Shown here: in pieces, positions 17,353 through 24,117 of the stretch
Position numbering within the stretch: the stretch's first letter is position 1
Layout of the letters: each line of letters opens with the position of its first letter
Virus record (IMG/VR): IMGVR_UViG_3300033146_007472
Direction: 5' to 3' (one strand)
DNA length: 24,117 bases
DNA from: a virus
Lineage: Duplodnaviria > Heunggongvirae > Uroviricota > Caudoviricetes
The notes under the pieces: generated by a model
What the model was told of the DNA's origin: nothing
The model's input: the letters and a program-made list of their open reading frames with translations, nothing else
Databases searched by the model: none
Translations under genes and position numbers: made by a program

Positions 17353-17499
17353 TTTTTTTATACGACGAGTCTGCTAACCAATCTAGATTGGTTAGATATA
17401 TCGGCTACAAGTCATCGAAGGTCGTCTTTTCGATTGAAATACTCTTTACAATACTGATACTAACTACTGATCTACCAACCACTCTCGGAGGTAAAACTA

Positions 17500-17892
17500 A
17501 TGAAAATGAAAACACGTCTAGCCCGGTTTCGTAGTCGCGGTTTTGAAGGTACAAATCAACTCACTTCAAATTTTGAAAAATTCTCAGCTCTACGCTCGCC
17601 AATTGTGATGGCGCTAGTTCTTGTGCTTTTATCCGCTGCTGCAGCTTCTGCTCAAACCGCAACTAATACTTTCGGCACAGCCTTTGATGAACAGACAACT
17701 GGCGCTCTTGACGGCTTTACTTGTGCGATGCGCGGTACTTTCGGCTGGCTGATTATCGGCTTCGGAATGCTTCTTGCCATCTGGGATTATTTCGTGCAGA
17801 AACAAGGTCACTTGCTGATTATCGCAGTTGTCGGTGTTCTTGCTGTTATTATTCTCAGCCGTGCATTACCAACTCCTGCAGCTGGTTGTTAA
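17500..17892 (+). CDS. Conjugative pilin precursor (VirB2/TrbC/TraA-like)
   Basis: GGAGG RBS. 51-aa leader ending A-S-A|Q. The mature part has two hydrophobic helices separated by a QKQG loop. 'FTCAMRGTFG' resembles VirB2 'ICTFILGPFG'. Confidence 0.7.
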   Translation: MKMKTRLARFRSRGFEGTNQLTSNFEKFSALRSPIVMALVLVLLSAAAASAQTATNTFGTAFDEQTTGALDGFTCAMRGTFGWLIIGFGMLLAIWDYFVQKQGHLLIIAVVGVLAVIILSRALPTPAAGC

Positions 17893-17928
17893 ATACGTAT
17901 TCTGCGTTTCTATAAAGGTTTATATGAC

Positions 17929-18156
17929 ATGCTAGGATCTTCAAAGTTGGCGTCCGGATTAGTAGCCCTAAGTGTATTAGCGGTAACGATTTCACCAATT
18001 TCCGAAGCCATTTTTCATGTGAAAAAAGCACAGCAGTCAGTTACACAAGCCTCGGAAGATTTTCGGGCTAGTCGTGATATCAACTACGACGCACTGCTTC
18101 GCGAGCTTAAAAAAATTCAAGTCTATCTAGAACAAGAAAACGCAAAAAACAACTAA
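17929..18156 (+). CDS. Small membrane-anchored or secreted protein (75 aa)
   Basis: Hydrophobic N-terminus and a helical C-terminus; directly follows the pilin gene. Confidence 0.7.
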   Translation: MLGSSKLASGLVALSVLAVTISPISEAIFHVKKAQQSVTQASEDFRASRDINYDALLRELKKIQVYLEQENAKNN

Positions 18157-18188
18157 AGATTATGCTGAGCATTTCGTTGTTTTAACTT

Positions 18189-18223
18189 AAAAAAGAGTCG
18201 GCAGATTTTTGTCGGCTCTTTTT
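18189..18223 (+). terminator. Intrinsic terminator
   Basis: Stem AAAAAGAGTCGGCA / TGTCGGCTCTTTTT whose two non-canonical pairs are G-U on the + strand, ending in a T run. It closes the pilin and 75-aa unit. Confidence 0.7.
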
Positions 18224-18251
18224 GTGTAATCTTATATGACTTAGGAGAACT

Positions 18252-18569
18252 ATGATGCGCATTATTAGCTTTTTAGCTTTATTGTTAATGTTTTCATCTT
18301 CGACGGCGTTTGCTGACGGTCGTGGTCTTTCTGACGAAACTCTTAATCGACTCGCGCAGACTAACTACTTATCTGGCGAACAATCTACGCCAGAAGCTGT
18401 TACGCTGCGCCCGACGACACTGACTGGTCGGACTCTCTGTACTGGAGAATGCACGGAGCTGGTTATTACGGTCTTTTCAACTCCAGATTTTCGACGCTCG
18501 ACGTCGTCTAGCAGATCTCTAACTTCGCCATCTGTAAATAAACGAATATCACCGCGCTATTTAAAGTAA
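18252..18569 (+). CDS. Secreted protein (signal peptide ending AFA|D; 105 aa)
   Basis: AGGAG RBS, classical signal peptide, CTGEC motif. Confidence 0.7.
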   Translation: MMRIISFLALLLMFSSSTAFADGRGLSDETLNRLAQTNYLSGEQSTPEAVTLRPTTLTGRTLCTGECTELVITVFSTPDFRRSTSSSRSLTSPSVNKRISPRYLK

Positions 18570-18630
18570 CGTTCGGTTTTTGAATTATAGCCTAGCTTTT
18601 GTGTACAAGTATCTCTCAACTGCAATTTTC

Positions 18631-18644
18631 TAACTCATGAGTTA
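18631..18644. promoter_or_regulatory. Perfect 14-bp palindrome, possible operator
   Basis: TAACTCATGAGTTA, 47 nt upstream of the lipoprotein start. Confidence 0.3.
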
Positions 18645-18691
18645 CTTAAGATGCATTAAGCTCAATACTAAACTCTAAGGAGACTTTAATT

Positions 18692-19468
18692 ATGACGCGT
18701 CGTTTTTTCTTGAATGCCGTTCTGTTTCTTTCACTGCTTGTATTATCAGCATGTGTTGCGAAGGTACCGGTTGCTCAAGTTCCGCCACCTGCTGCGCCTG
18801 TTGTCGATGTTTGCGCGGATTCTGAAGCCGATCGCTGGACGGAGCTCGGTGAATTTTATCGCGGCAAATATACTTCCGACCTTGTTTTTGGCGCGTCGGT
18901 TGAAACCGAAAAACTAAAATCATCTTTGCGTCTCGTAGATAATTTTTTACGAACTGATGTACTGACTGAATATGACGCTGCCGCGACTTCAAATACTATT
19001 TTTAATAAATACGAGAAGAGCTCGGATATTACGCTAAGCTTCCGTCCTCCAGCCTACAAAATTAATGACTCTGAAGCTTTTTATAACGCGGTAATTACTG
19101 ATCGCTTTATGTCTTACTTTTCTCTAAAAAAGAAAGTAGGTACTTGGTGGACGTTTGTAGATCTATCAAATTTAGTAACTTGGGAAGCTTACTTCTGGAA
19201 CGCGTATTTTGTCGAACGAGGCTTAGAACCGGAATTTGCACATGATCTGAATATGTTAGTTCTCGGCAATTTCTCAACTGCCGAAGAAGCTTTGTATATG
19301 AAAGATAATTTTGTTGATTCTCAAATTCCGATTACTGTAGCTTTTGTTGTGTATGACAAATTTCCGGCAGTAGAGTCTTCAGCCTTTGAATCTTTAAATC
19401 TTTCAGCTGGAACTACGGACTCTAATGAAAAATCTTCAGTCTTTACTTTTACCCCGGTCCAGCAATAA
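18692..19468 (+). CDS. Lipoprotein (258 aa) with Pro-rich linker and possible SPOR-like C-terminal segment
   Basis: Lipobox LSA|C21 and AAGGAG RBS. 'MLVLGNFSTAEEALYMKDNF' resembles a SPOR repeat (weak). Confidence 0.75.
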   Translation: MTRRFFLNAVLFLSLLVLSACVAKVPVAQVPPPAAPVVDVCADSEADRWTELGEFYRGKYTSDLVFGASVETEKLKSSLRLVDNFLRTDVLTEYDAAATSNTIFNKYEKSSDITLSFRPPAYKINDSEAFYNAVITDRFMSYFSLKKKVGTWWTFVDLSNLVTWEAYFWNAYFVERGLEPEFAHDLNMLVLGNFSTAEEALYMKDNFVDSQIPITVAFVVYDKFPAVESSAFESLNLSAGTTDSNEKSSVFTFTPVQQ

Positions 19469-19943
19469 CACAGCTTTTATAGCAAACCATGCTAAGCTTG
19501 TATTGCCGCTCCGAACACTTCTAGTTTTATTTTGTCTTCCTGGTTCCGGATGGCTAATTTTAATTCAGCCATCCGAATCATATTTTACGTATTCAAAACC
19601 TTTCGATACACAAAGTATCTCGCAGTACTTCAATTCCATGCTTTCTTCAATGTTAATAATATTTATGGTTCGTCTATGCACGTTTTCCGCTTTCAATATA
19701 AATGCTTATATATACGGCGCAGCGATTCTGTTACTTTTCAGCGCGTCAATTTGGTACTGGAAACAAATATTCCGGCCGCTTAAACATTTGATTATTTTTC
19801 TCAGCGTGTTATATGCTCTTAGGTATGATATGTATAGCGCTCATATCGCGCTCACTATAATCTCAATCATTGTTCTTAAACTTCATTTTCATCAGTATTC
19901 TAGAATATTTCTAGCCCGCGTACCGGAGTCTCGTATAAAATGA
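19425..19943 (+). CDS. Multi-pass membrane protein (start uncertain)
   Basis: Several hydrophobic segments. Its TGA overlaps the next gene's ATG (ATGA at 19940-19943). Confidence 0.65.
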   Translation: MKNLQSLLLPRSSNNTAFIANHAKLVLPLRTLLVLFCLPGSGWLILIQPSESYFTYSKPFDTQSISQYFNSMLSSMLIIFMVRLCTFSAFNINAYIYGAAILLLFSASIWYWKQIFRPLKHLIIFLSVLYALRYDMYSAHIALTIISIIVLKLHFHQYSRIFLARVPESRIK

Positions 19944-20425
19944 AAAAGCATAAACTTATTATAAACAAAGGAATTTTTCAGCATAGTTTTGACTTCTTTT
20001 CATATATGTGGCGTGTTTTGTATGTTGGTGTGGTTGATTCTGACCGCTTAACCGATCCAGACCTACGTACGCCAGGCTTGCATGCCGAAGCGGTTTTATA
20101 TGCTTTTTTAGCTTCTTTTATACTTATTACGCAGCTTAGTATTCTAAGTATTGTTTTCTTCGCAATAAATGCACGAATATTATATTTACAGATCTTAGAC
20201 GCTCCAGGACCTGGACTCGTTTTTGCCGCTTTAGCAATGTTTTTTGGCATACCGACCTTTATTTTCTTTCATCCGTTGACTTTCTTAGCCTATCCATTTG
20301 TCAGTATTGCAATGCTGATACATCTAGGTACAGATGGAGTTCTTAGTTCTAAACTAAAATACCTTGAGAGTTTGAAAGTAGGATTAATCGTTCTTTCCGG
20401 CTTTCTCCACTGGTTCTTGGTATAA
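19940..20425 (+). CDS. Multi-pass membrane protein (about 4 TM segments)
   Basis: Hydrophobic helices; translationally coupled to the upstream gene. Confidence 0.75.
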   Translation: MKKHKLIINKGIFQHSFDFFSYMWRVLYVGVVDSDRLTDPDLRTPGLHAEAVLYAFLASFILITQLSILSIVFFAINARILYLQILDAPGPGLVFAALAMFFGIPTFIFFHPLTFLAYPFVSIAMLIHLGTDGVLSSKLKYLESLKVGLIVLSGFLHWFLV

Positions 20426-20470
20426 ATAGCCAATACTACGACTTTTATAAATGATAGAGGAGATATTTTT

Positions 20471-20908
20471 ATGCGCAGAGTGTTTGTTGTTCTTTTAACA
20501 CTGATTTTGATGACTGTCGCAGTTACTGTGGCAGCCGAGACATCTATGAATCTTGAAGCACAAAAACAAGCTTTTAAAGCTGGCTTTATGTCTCAACAAA
20601 TCAATGGCACAGATCTTCAAACGGAGCTTGAGAAGTATAATACAACTCCTATTGAATATCTATCATATTACCGGCTTCTTGAACAAACTCAGACTGCACC
20701 AGTTTTAGTTGTGCAGTATCATCGCGAATTTGATAGCCTTGGTCAACTTTCTGTGACTCCAGATATGAAATTTAAAGACTTCTCGGCCGCAGATTATCCG
20801 CGAGCCTCTTTTCTGAAGAGTTTATTAGAATACAATAAAGACTTCCTAGATCTTGACGTACTTTCAAAAGCTTCTAAACCTGCGACTTTACAGCTTGGGA
20901 GTAATTAA
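20471..20908 (+). CDS. Secreted or periplasmic protein (145 aa)
   Basis: GAGGAG RBS and a signal peptide. Its stop lies 2 nt before the TraV-like start. Confidence 0.8.
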   Translation: MRRVFVVLLTLILMTVAVTVAAETSMNLEAQKQAFKAGFMSQQINGTDLQTELEKYNTTPIEYLSYYRLLEQTQTAPVLVVQYHREFDSLGQLSVTPDMKFKDFSAADYPRASFLKSLLEYNKDFLDLDVLSKASKPATLQLGSN

Positions 20909-20910
20909 TA

Positions 20911-21369
20911 ATGAAGTTCTATACTATCTTAGTAGCCGGATTGTTAAGTCTGTGTCTTAGTGCTTGTGCGCCAACTGTAAAGCCTCCAGCACAAAATGCT
21001 TTAGACAACATGTTTAATCATGCTCAAGATCGTCAACAAGACAGTCTAGAAATCGAATTAGACGGCCTTCGTCGGAAAGCTGAAATTCTCGAGAAGATCC
21101 ACCAGTACCAACCGATGATCAAAGTTATAAATATCTATCTACCTCAAAAACAATTACCGTCTGGAGTATACACGCATCCTCAGGTGGTATCCGTGCCGCT
21201 AGTTTATAAGCAATCACATCTTAAGTTTTCAGAAGCCGCTATGAACTCATTGTTTGATGACAATAATGACAGCAAATCTGAAGCTGAACGCAAAGCAACA
21301 CTCGGTACTACGACTATTCCAGAGTCGGCCGCTAAACAACCAGCTGGTAATACTACACACAATAAATAA
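20911..21369 (+). CDS. TraV-like conjugative lipoprotein
   Basis: Lipobox LSA|C19. 'VINIYLPQKQLPSGVYTHPQVVSVP' resembles the TraV pattern (IWIAPxxDxxGxLHxxxxVY). Confidence 0.6.
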   Translation: MKFYTILVAGLLSLCLSACAPTVKPPAQNALDNMFNHAQDRQQDSLEIELDGLRRKAEILEKIHQYQPMIKVINIYLPQKQLPSGVYTHPQVVSVPLVYKQSHLKFSEAAMNSLFDDNNDSKSEAERKATLGTTTIPESAAKQPAGNTTHNK

Positions 21370-21398
21370 TTAGCTTTTAGTTTATAGACTCCTAGCCT

Positions 21399-21434
21399 AA
21401 AAAAGCCGACAATCATAAGATTGCCGGCTTTTTT
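21399..21434. terminator. Bidirectional intrinsic terminator
   Basis: AAAAAAGCCGACAATC-ATAA-GATTGCCGGCTTTTTT with one mismatch (G-U on the - strand), between convergent genes. Confidence 0.8.
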
Positions 21435-21465
21435 GTGCCTCTAGTTAGTAGTACTAGATGGAGAT

Positions 21466-21780
21466 TTATTTCGGCGGTGTCGGAGGAAGCACTACCATAT
21501 CTGGCTTGTCATCTTCATCTTCTTCTTTGTCTTGCATGACTGCTGTCATATATGTACCATTTGATAGCTTAATAGACAACTTAACACGATCATTTTTAGT
21601 CGTACCTTTCCAGGCTGCTCCAACTTCATCATTACCTTGAAAGAGACGATAATCTGGGTGAGCGTCGCCATTCTTCCGTTCATTCTTTTTACCGGTATAC
21701 GCGACACCTTGAATCTTAATATCTAATTCTAGATTGTCATCAACTTCCCGAAAAAAGACTGTTCCATGATCTTCGGCCAT
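21466..21780 (-). CDS. DUF736-like protein, paralog 2
   Basis: 'HPDYRLFQGNDEVGAAW' signature and AAGGAG RBS. Clearly aligns with 13923..14381. Confidence 0.7.
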   Translation of the reverse strand: MAEDHGTVFFREVDDNLELDIKIQGVAYTGKKNERKNGDAHPDYRLFQGNDEVGAAWKGTTKNDRVKLSIKLSNGTYMTAVMQDKEEDEDDKPDMVVLPPTPPK

Positions 21781-21809
21781 TTTTTTGCTCCTTTAGTGTG
21801 TTAGTTAAG

Positions 21810-22571
21810 CTAGTTCTTTTTGCTTGCTTTGTTTGCTTTCTCTAGCTTTTTTGTTTCACGGATTTGTTTCCGCTCGAGTTTTCGTTTTTCGTTTTCGACA
21901 CGTTTTGCTTCTTGACGAAGCTGTGTTGCCATTTTTCGTTCTTGTTTTCTTTTTGCAACATCAGCATGATGCTTAGCTAATTTTTCTTCTTTCGTAATGC
22001 GACGGATTAATTCTAATGTTGAGATATTAAATGCTAATCCAGAGTAGTATAGGTATAAGCCGATAGAATCTAGCCAATGATTATCAGTTGTTACAAATTT
22101 TCGGCCTAATGACTTTGACACGAGTGTTTTAAGCGCTAATGCTACGGTCTTTTTGTCACCAGCTAATGCGCGCTTCCAAACTGATGATGTAACGGTTTCG
22201 GCAGTAATTCCGGCATGCTGTAAGTATCCGCGAATAAATGAAATTAATTCTTTCATCTTCGAGATTGTCGCGCCATTCGCTGCAAGTCCGATACGACTCT
22301 TTTCGTTTCCACCTGGAAAACTACTAAAATACACGAAGCTTTCTAGAATAACGACTTTACAATTCCACGTAGTATACAGGTCTAGAATACGCTCGGCTAG
22401 TTCTATTTCCGACAAGGTTTTTCCATCATACACACCATACACCAAAACTTCGCCAGCTCTACAAACTGAATAGCCTAGTGACTTGCGTAATCCTGGGTCG
22501 ATCGCGAGTATAGTATCTGTACTAACAATATCACGACTTTTTTCAAAAATTTGCATATTGAGTAACGTCAC
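21810..22571 (-). CDS. ruvC: RuvC-like Holliday-junction resolvase with a roughly 60-aa Lys/Arg/Glu-rich C-terminal extension (ATG start at 22556 plausible)
   Basis: 'ILAIDPG', 'VILES', 'WKRALAG' and 'DNHWLDSIG' carry the RNase-H-fold acidic residues. Confidence 0.8.
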   Translation of the reverse strand: MTLLNMQIFEKSRDIVSTDTILAIDPGLRKSLGYSVCRAGEVLVYGVYDGKTLSEIELAERILDLYTTWNCKVVILESFVYFSSFPGGNEKSRIGLAANGATISKMKELISFIRGYLQHAGITAETVTSSVWKRALAGDKKTVALALKTLVSKSLGRKFVTTDNHWLDSIGLYLYYSGLAFNISTLELIRRITKEEKLAKHHADVAKRKQERKMATQLRQEAKRVENEKRKLERKQIRETKKLEKANKASKKN

Positions 22572-22666
22572 TTTCTAGTATATAATAGAGGTTAGAATTT
22601 TCAGCACTGTTTAGCTTTTAAGTATCCTTAGCCATAAGCTATTGATACTATTCCCGGAGAAAATTT

Positions 22667-23497
22667 ATGCACTCATTTCAGCCTACGACTTTCAATACTT
22701 TTGCAGAGGCATATAAACATCTTGCTGAGACACTTCTTGATTCACCGACGGCTGAGAGTCGAAATGCTAAGACACGCGAAATCTGCGATGCTCAATTTCG
22801 AATACTACAACCGAATACTTCATTAGCTCTCGTCGGGTCTAGACTACGTTACATGTTTGCCGAAGCATTATGGTATGCAGCCGGAGATTACACGACGCCT
22901 TGGATCACTAACTTTTCGTCTTTTTGGCCACGTATCGCGGATGCAGATGGGTTAATCTCCTCAAATTACGGGCAGCGTATTTTTCGTGCAACTAAAACTT
23001 TTAATACTGCATTCAAAATGCTGTGCGCTGATCCCGGATCACGCCAAGCTATTTGTCATATAAATCAGTCTGCAGATATTTTTGCTACGAATAAAGATAT
23101 TCCGTGCACGATGTACCTTCAATTTTTCATTCGTAAGTCACAACTACATCTCAGCGTACATATGCGTAGCAATGACATTTGGCGTGGCTTAACTTATGAT
23201 GCGCCGAACTTCTTTCTCTTTCAGCAAACCATGCTATATTTTTTACAGTCCGCCGGATATGACATTACTCTAGGCTCATATACACATCATGCTGGAAGTT
23301 TTCATGTCTATGAAACTGAAGTCAAGCAGTTACAGAAGTATTGTTTAGCTCCGCTCACAGACATTCCATTGCAGTTAAAAGCACCTCTTATTAATCTTGA
23401 CGGATCACCAACGACGAAAGCCCTTAAATTTTATAATTCAACGTCTGAAGGTGCCTTCGACGTCTCCAAATTCACGAAACATTTTTTAACTATATAG
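22667..23497 (+). CDS. Thymidylate-synthase-fold nucleotide-modifying enzyme, probably dCMP hydroxymethylase or methylase type
   Basis: 'AEALWY' (E66), 'SSNYGQRI', 'DPGSRQAI', 'DIPCT' (C147), 'MRSNDIWRGLTYD' (D178) and 'GSFHVY'. The pattern matches T4 gp42 better than ThyA. Confidence 0.8.
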   Translation: MHSFQPTTFNTFAEAYKHLAETLLDSPTAESRNAKTREICDAQFRILQPNTSLALVGSRLRYMFAEALWYAAGDYTTPWITNFSSFWPRIADADGLISSNYGQRIFRATKTFNTAFKMLCADPGSRQAICHINQSADIFATNKDIPCTMYLQFFIRKSQLHLSVHMRSNDIWRGLTYDAPNFFLFQQTMLYFLQSAGYDITLGSYTHHAGSFHVYETEVKQLQKYCLAPLTDIPLQLKAPLINLDGSPTTKALKFYNSTSEGAFDVSKFTKHFLTI

Positions 23498-23520
23498 TTT
23501 TTTCTAGAAAGCTTCAATTT

Positions 23521-24117
23521 ATGCCTAAGTTATTATACTCTACTGTACGAATTACTGCTTTTCCAGATATGACGGATGATGCACTGAAAGCCTATTTCAT
23601 ACTATTAAAACTGTTGCCATTTGAGCATGCTGAAAAAGCTGAGTACTTAGGCTGCTTGCAAGAACTAACATTACGGAAAATTGACTCCACGAATATTCTA
23701 GTCCGTGATTTACCGATTACATTAAAAAACCCGACTGAATTGCAATCTAGGCTTTTTGAATTCAAAAAACGATATTTTGCTGCTTTTCACGGTGACAAGC
23801 TTCTAGAAATCGAAAAAGACAAGCAGCAGAAACTAGACCTTGCCGCTGAAAAACTACGCTTAGCTGATGAAGCGAAGCGTTTGAAAGCCGAAGAGCGCGC
23901 AAAAGTTAAAGCAGAAAAAGTGCGCATCGCTGACGAGAAACGTAAGGCTCGTGCCGAAGAGCGCGCAAAAGTTAAAGCAGAAAAAGTGCGCATTGCTGAC
24001 GAGAAACGTAAGCTTAAAGCTAAAGCTTCTGAAGATAAACAGCCATCACTAGACTTTTCGTCTGAGACCTCAACGACTACAGCATCTTCAAAATCTTCAA
24101 AACAATCATCTCTTTAG
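23521..24117 (+). CDS. Hypothetical protein with a charged K/E/A/R repeat region and a Ser/Thr-rich tail
   Basis: Complete ORF 23 nt downstream of the TS-fold gene; contains a 22-aa tandem repeat. Confidence 0.8.
   Translation: MPKLLYSTVRITAFPDMTDDALKAYFILLKLLPFEHAEKAEYLGCLQELTLRKIDSTNILVRDLPITLKNPTELQSRLFEFKKRYFAAFHGDKLLEIEKDKQQKLDLAAEKLRLADEAKRLKAEERAKVKAEKVRIADEKRKARAEERAKVKAEKVRIADEKRKLKAKASEDKQPSLDFSSETSTTTASSKSSKQSSL
23887..24012 (+). repeat. In-frame tandem duplication with a 66-bp period (AEERAKVKAEKVRIADEKRK twice)
   Basis: 23887-23946 and 23953-24012 are identical apart from one synonymous change (ATC/ATT). Confidence 0.95.

Noticed and set aside
17334-17534. 66-aa + strand ORF before the pilin
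   Set aside because: It overlaps both the ankyrin start region and the pilin, whose own RBS is strong; it probably just spans the divergent promoter region.
22667-23497. Ordinary thymidylate synthase (thyA)
   Set aside because: It has PCT instead of PCH and Asp instead of the dUMP-specific Asn, and its motifs match phage hydroxymethylases better.
3024-23993. Short ORFs nested in or antisense to the major genes (for example 3976-4161, 4402-4614, 9466-9759, 16580-16996, 18690-18992, 22153-22473, 23787-23993)
   Set aside because: They lie wholly within well-supported genes and have no recognisable motifs; they are expected shadows.
23887-24012. CRISPR array
   Set aside because: There are only two copies, in frame within a coding region, with a 6-bp gap; no cas genes are present.
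1-24117. Genome-wide TGA or TAG stop-codon reassignment
   Set aside because: Long genes such as TraC (846 aa) and ClpA (721 aa) are uninterrupted in the standard code. TGA serves as a coupled stop in ATGA overlaps at 10920 and 19940, and TAG ends several plausible full-length genes. The HU-like TGA looks local.
1-24117. tRNA, rRNA, IS element or integrase
   Set aside because: I recognised no cloverleaf, rRNA motif, transposase or recombinase motif by eye; a tRNAscan or Infernal run would be needed to exclude them fully.

Overview
This 24.1-kb window (about 40% GC by eye) looks like part of a large extrachromosomal or mobile element from a diderm bacterium. It has no ribosomal or other core chromosomal genes, and no virion genes, integrase or transposase. 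It mixes three things. (i) Scattered conjugation-type parts: a stand-alone TraC/VirB4 ATPase, and about 12 kb away a pilin-like gene, a TraV-like lipoprotein and other envelope proteins. (ii) Phage-like DNA metabolism genes: a thymidylate-synthase-fold enzyme with the dCMP-specific Asp of T4 dCMP hydroxymethylase, RuvC, two DUF736-like paralogs, a possible UvsY-like protein and an SNase nuclease. (iii) A proteostasis-like block: an FkbM methyltransferase, an S41 protease and two Clp-type AAA+ proteins that each carry one degenerate ATPase module. Two genes absent from the ORF track were read by hand: a 3'-partial ORF of at least 324 aa at 1..974 (-) and an HU/IHF-like gene at 15331..15555 that lacks the DNA-binding arm and has an in-frame TGA. 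A 600-bp intergenic region upstream of TraC is rich in inverted repeats. All family calls come from motif recognition by eye, with no database searches.
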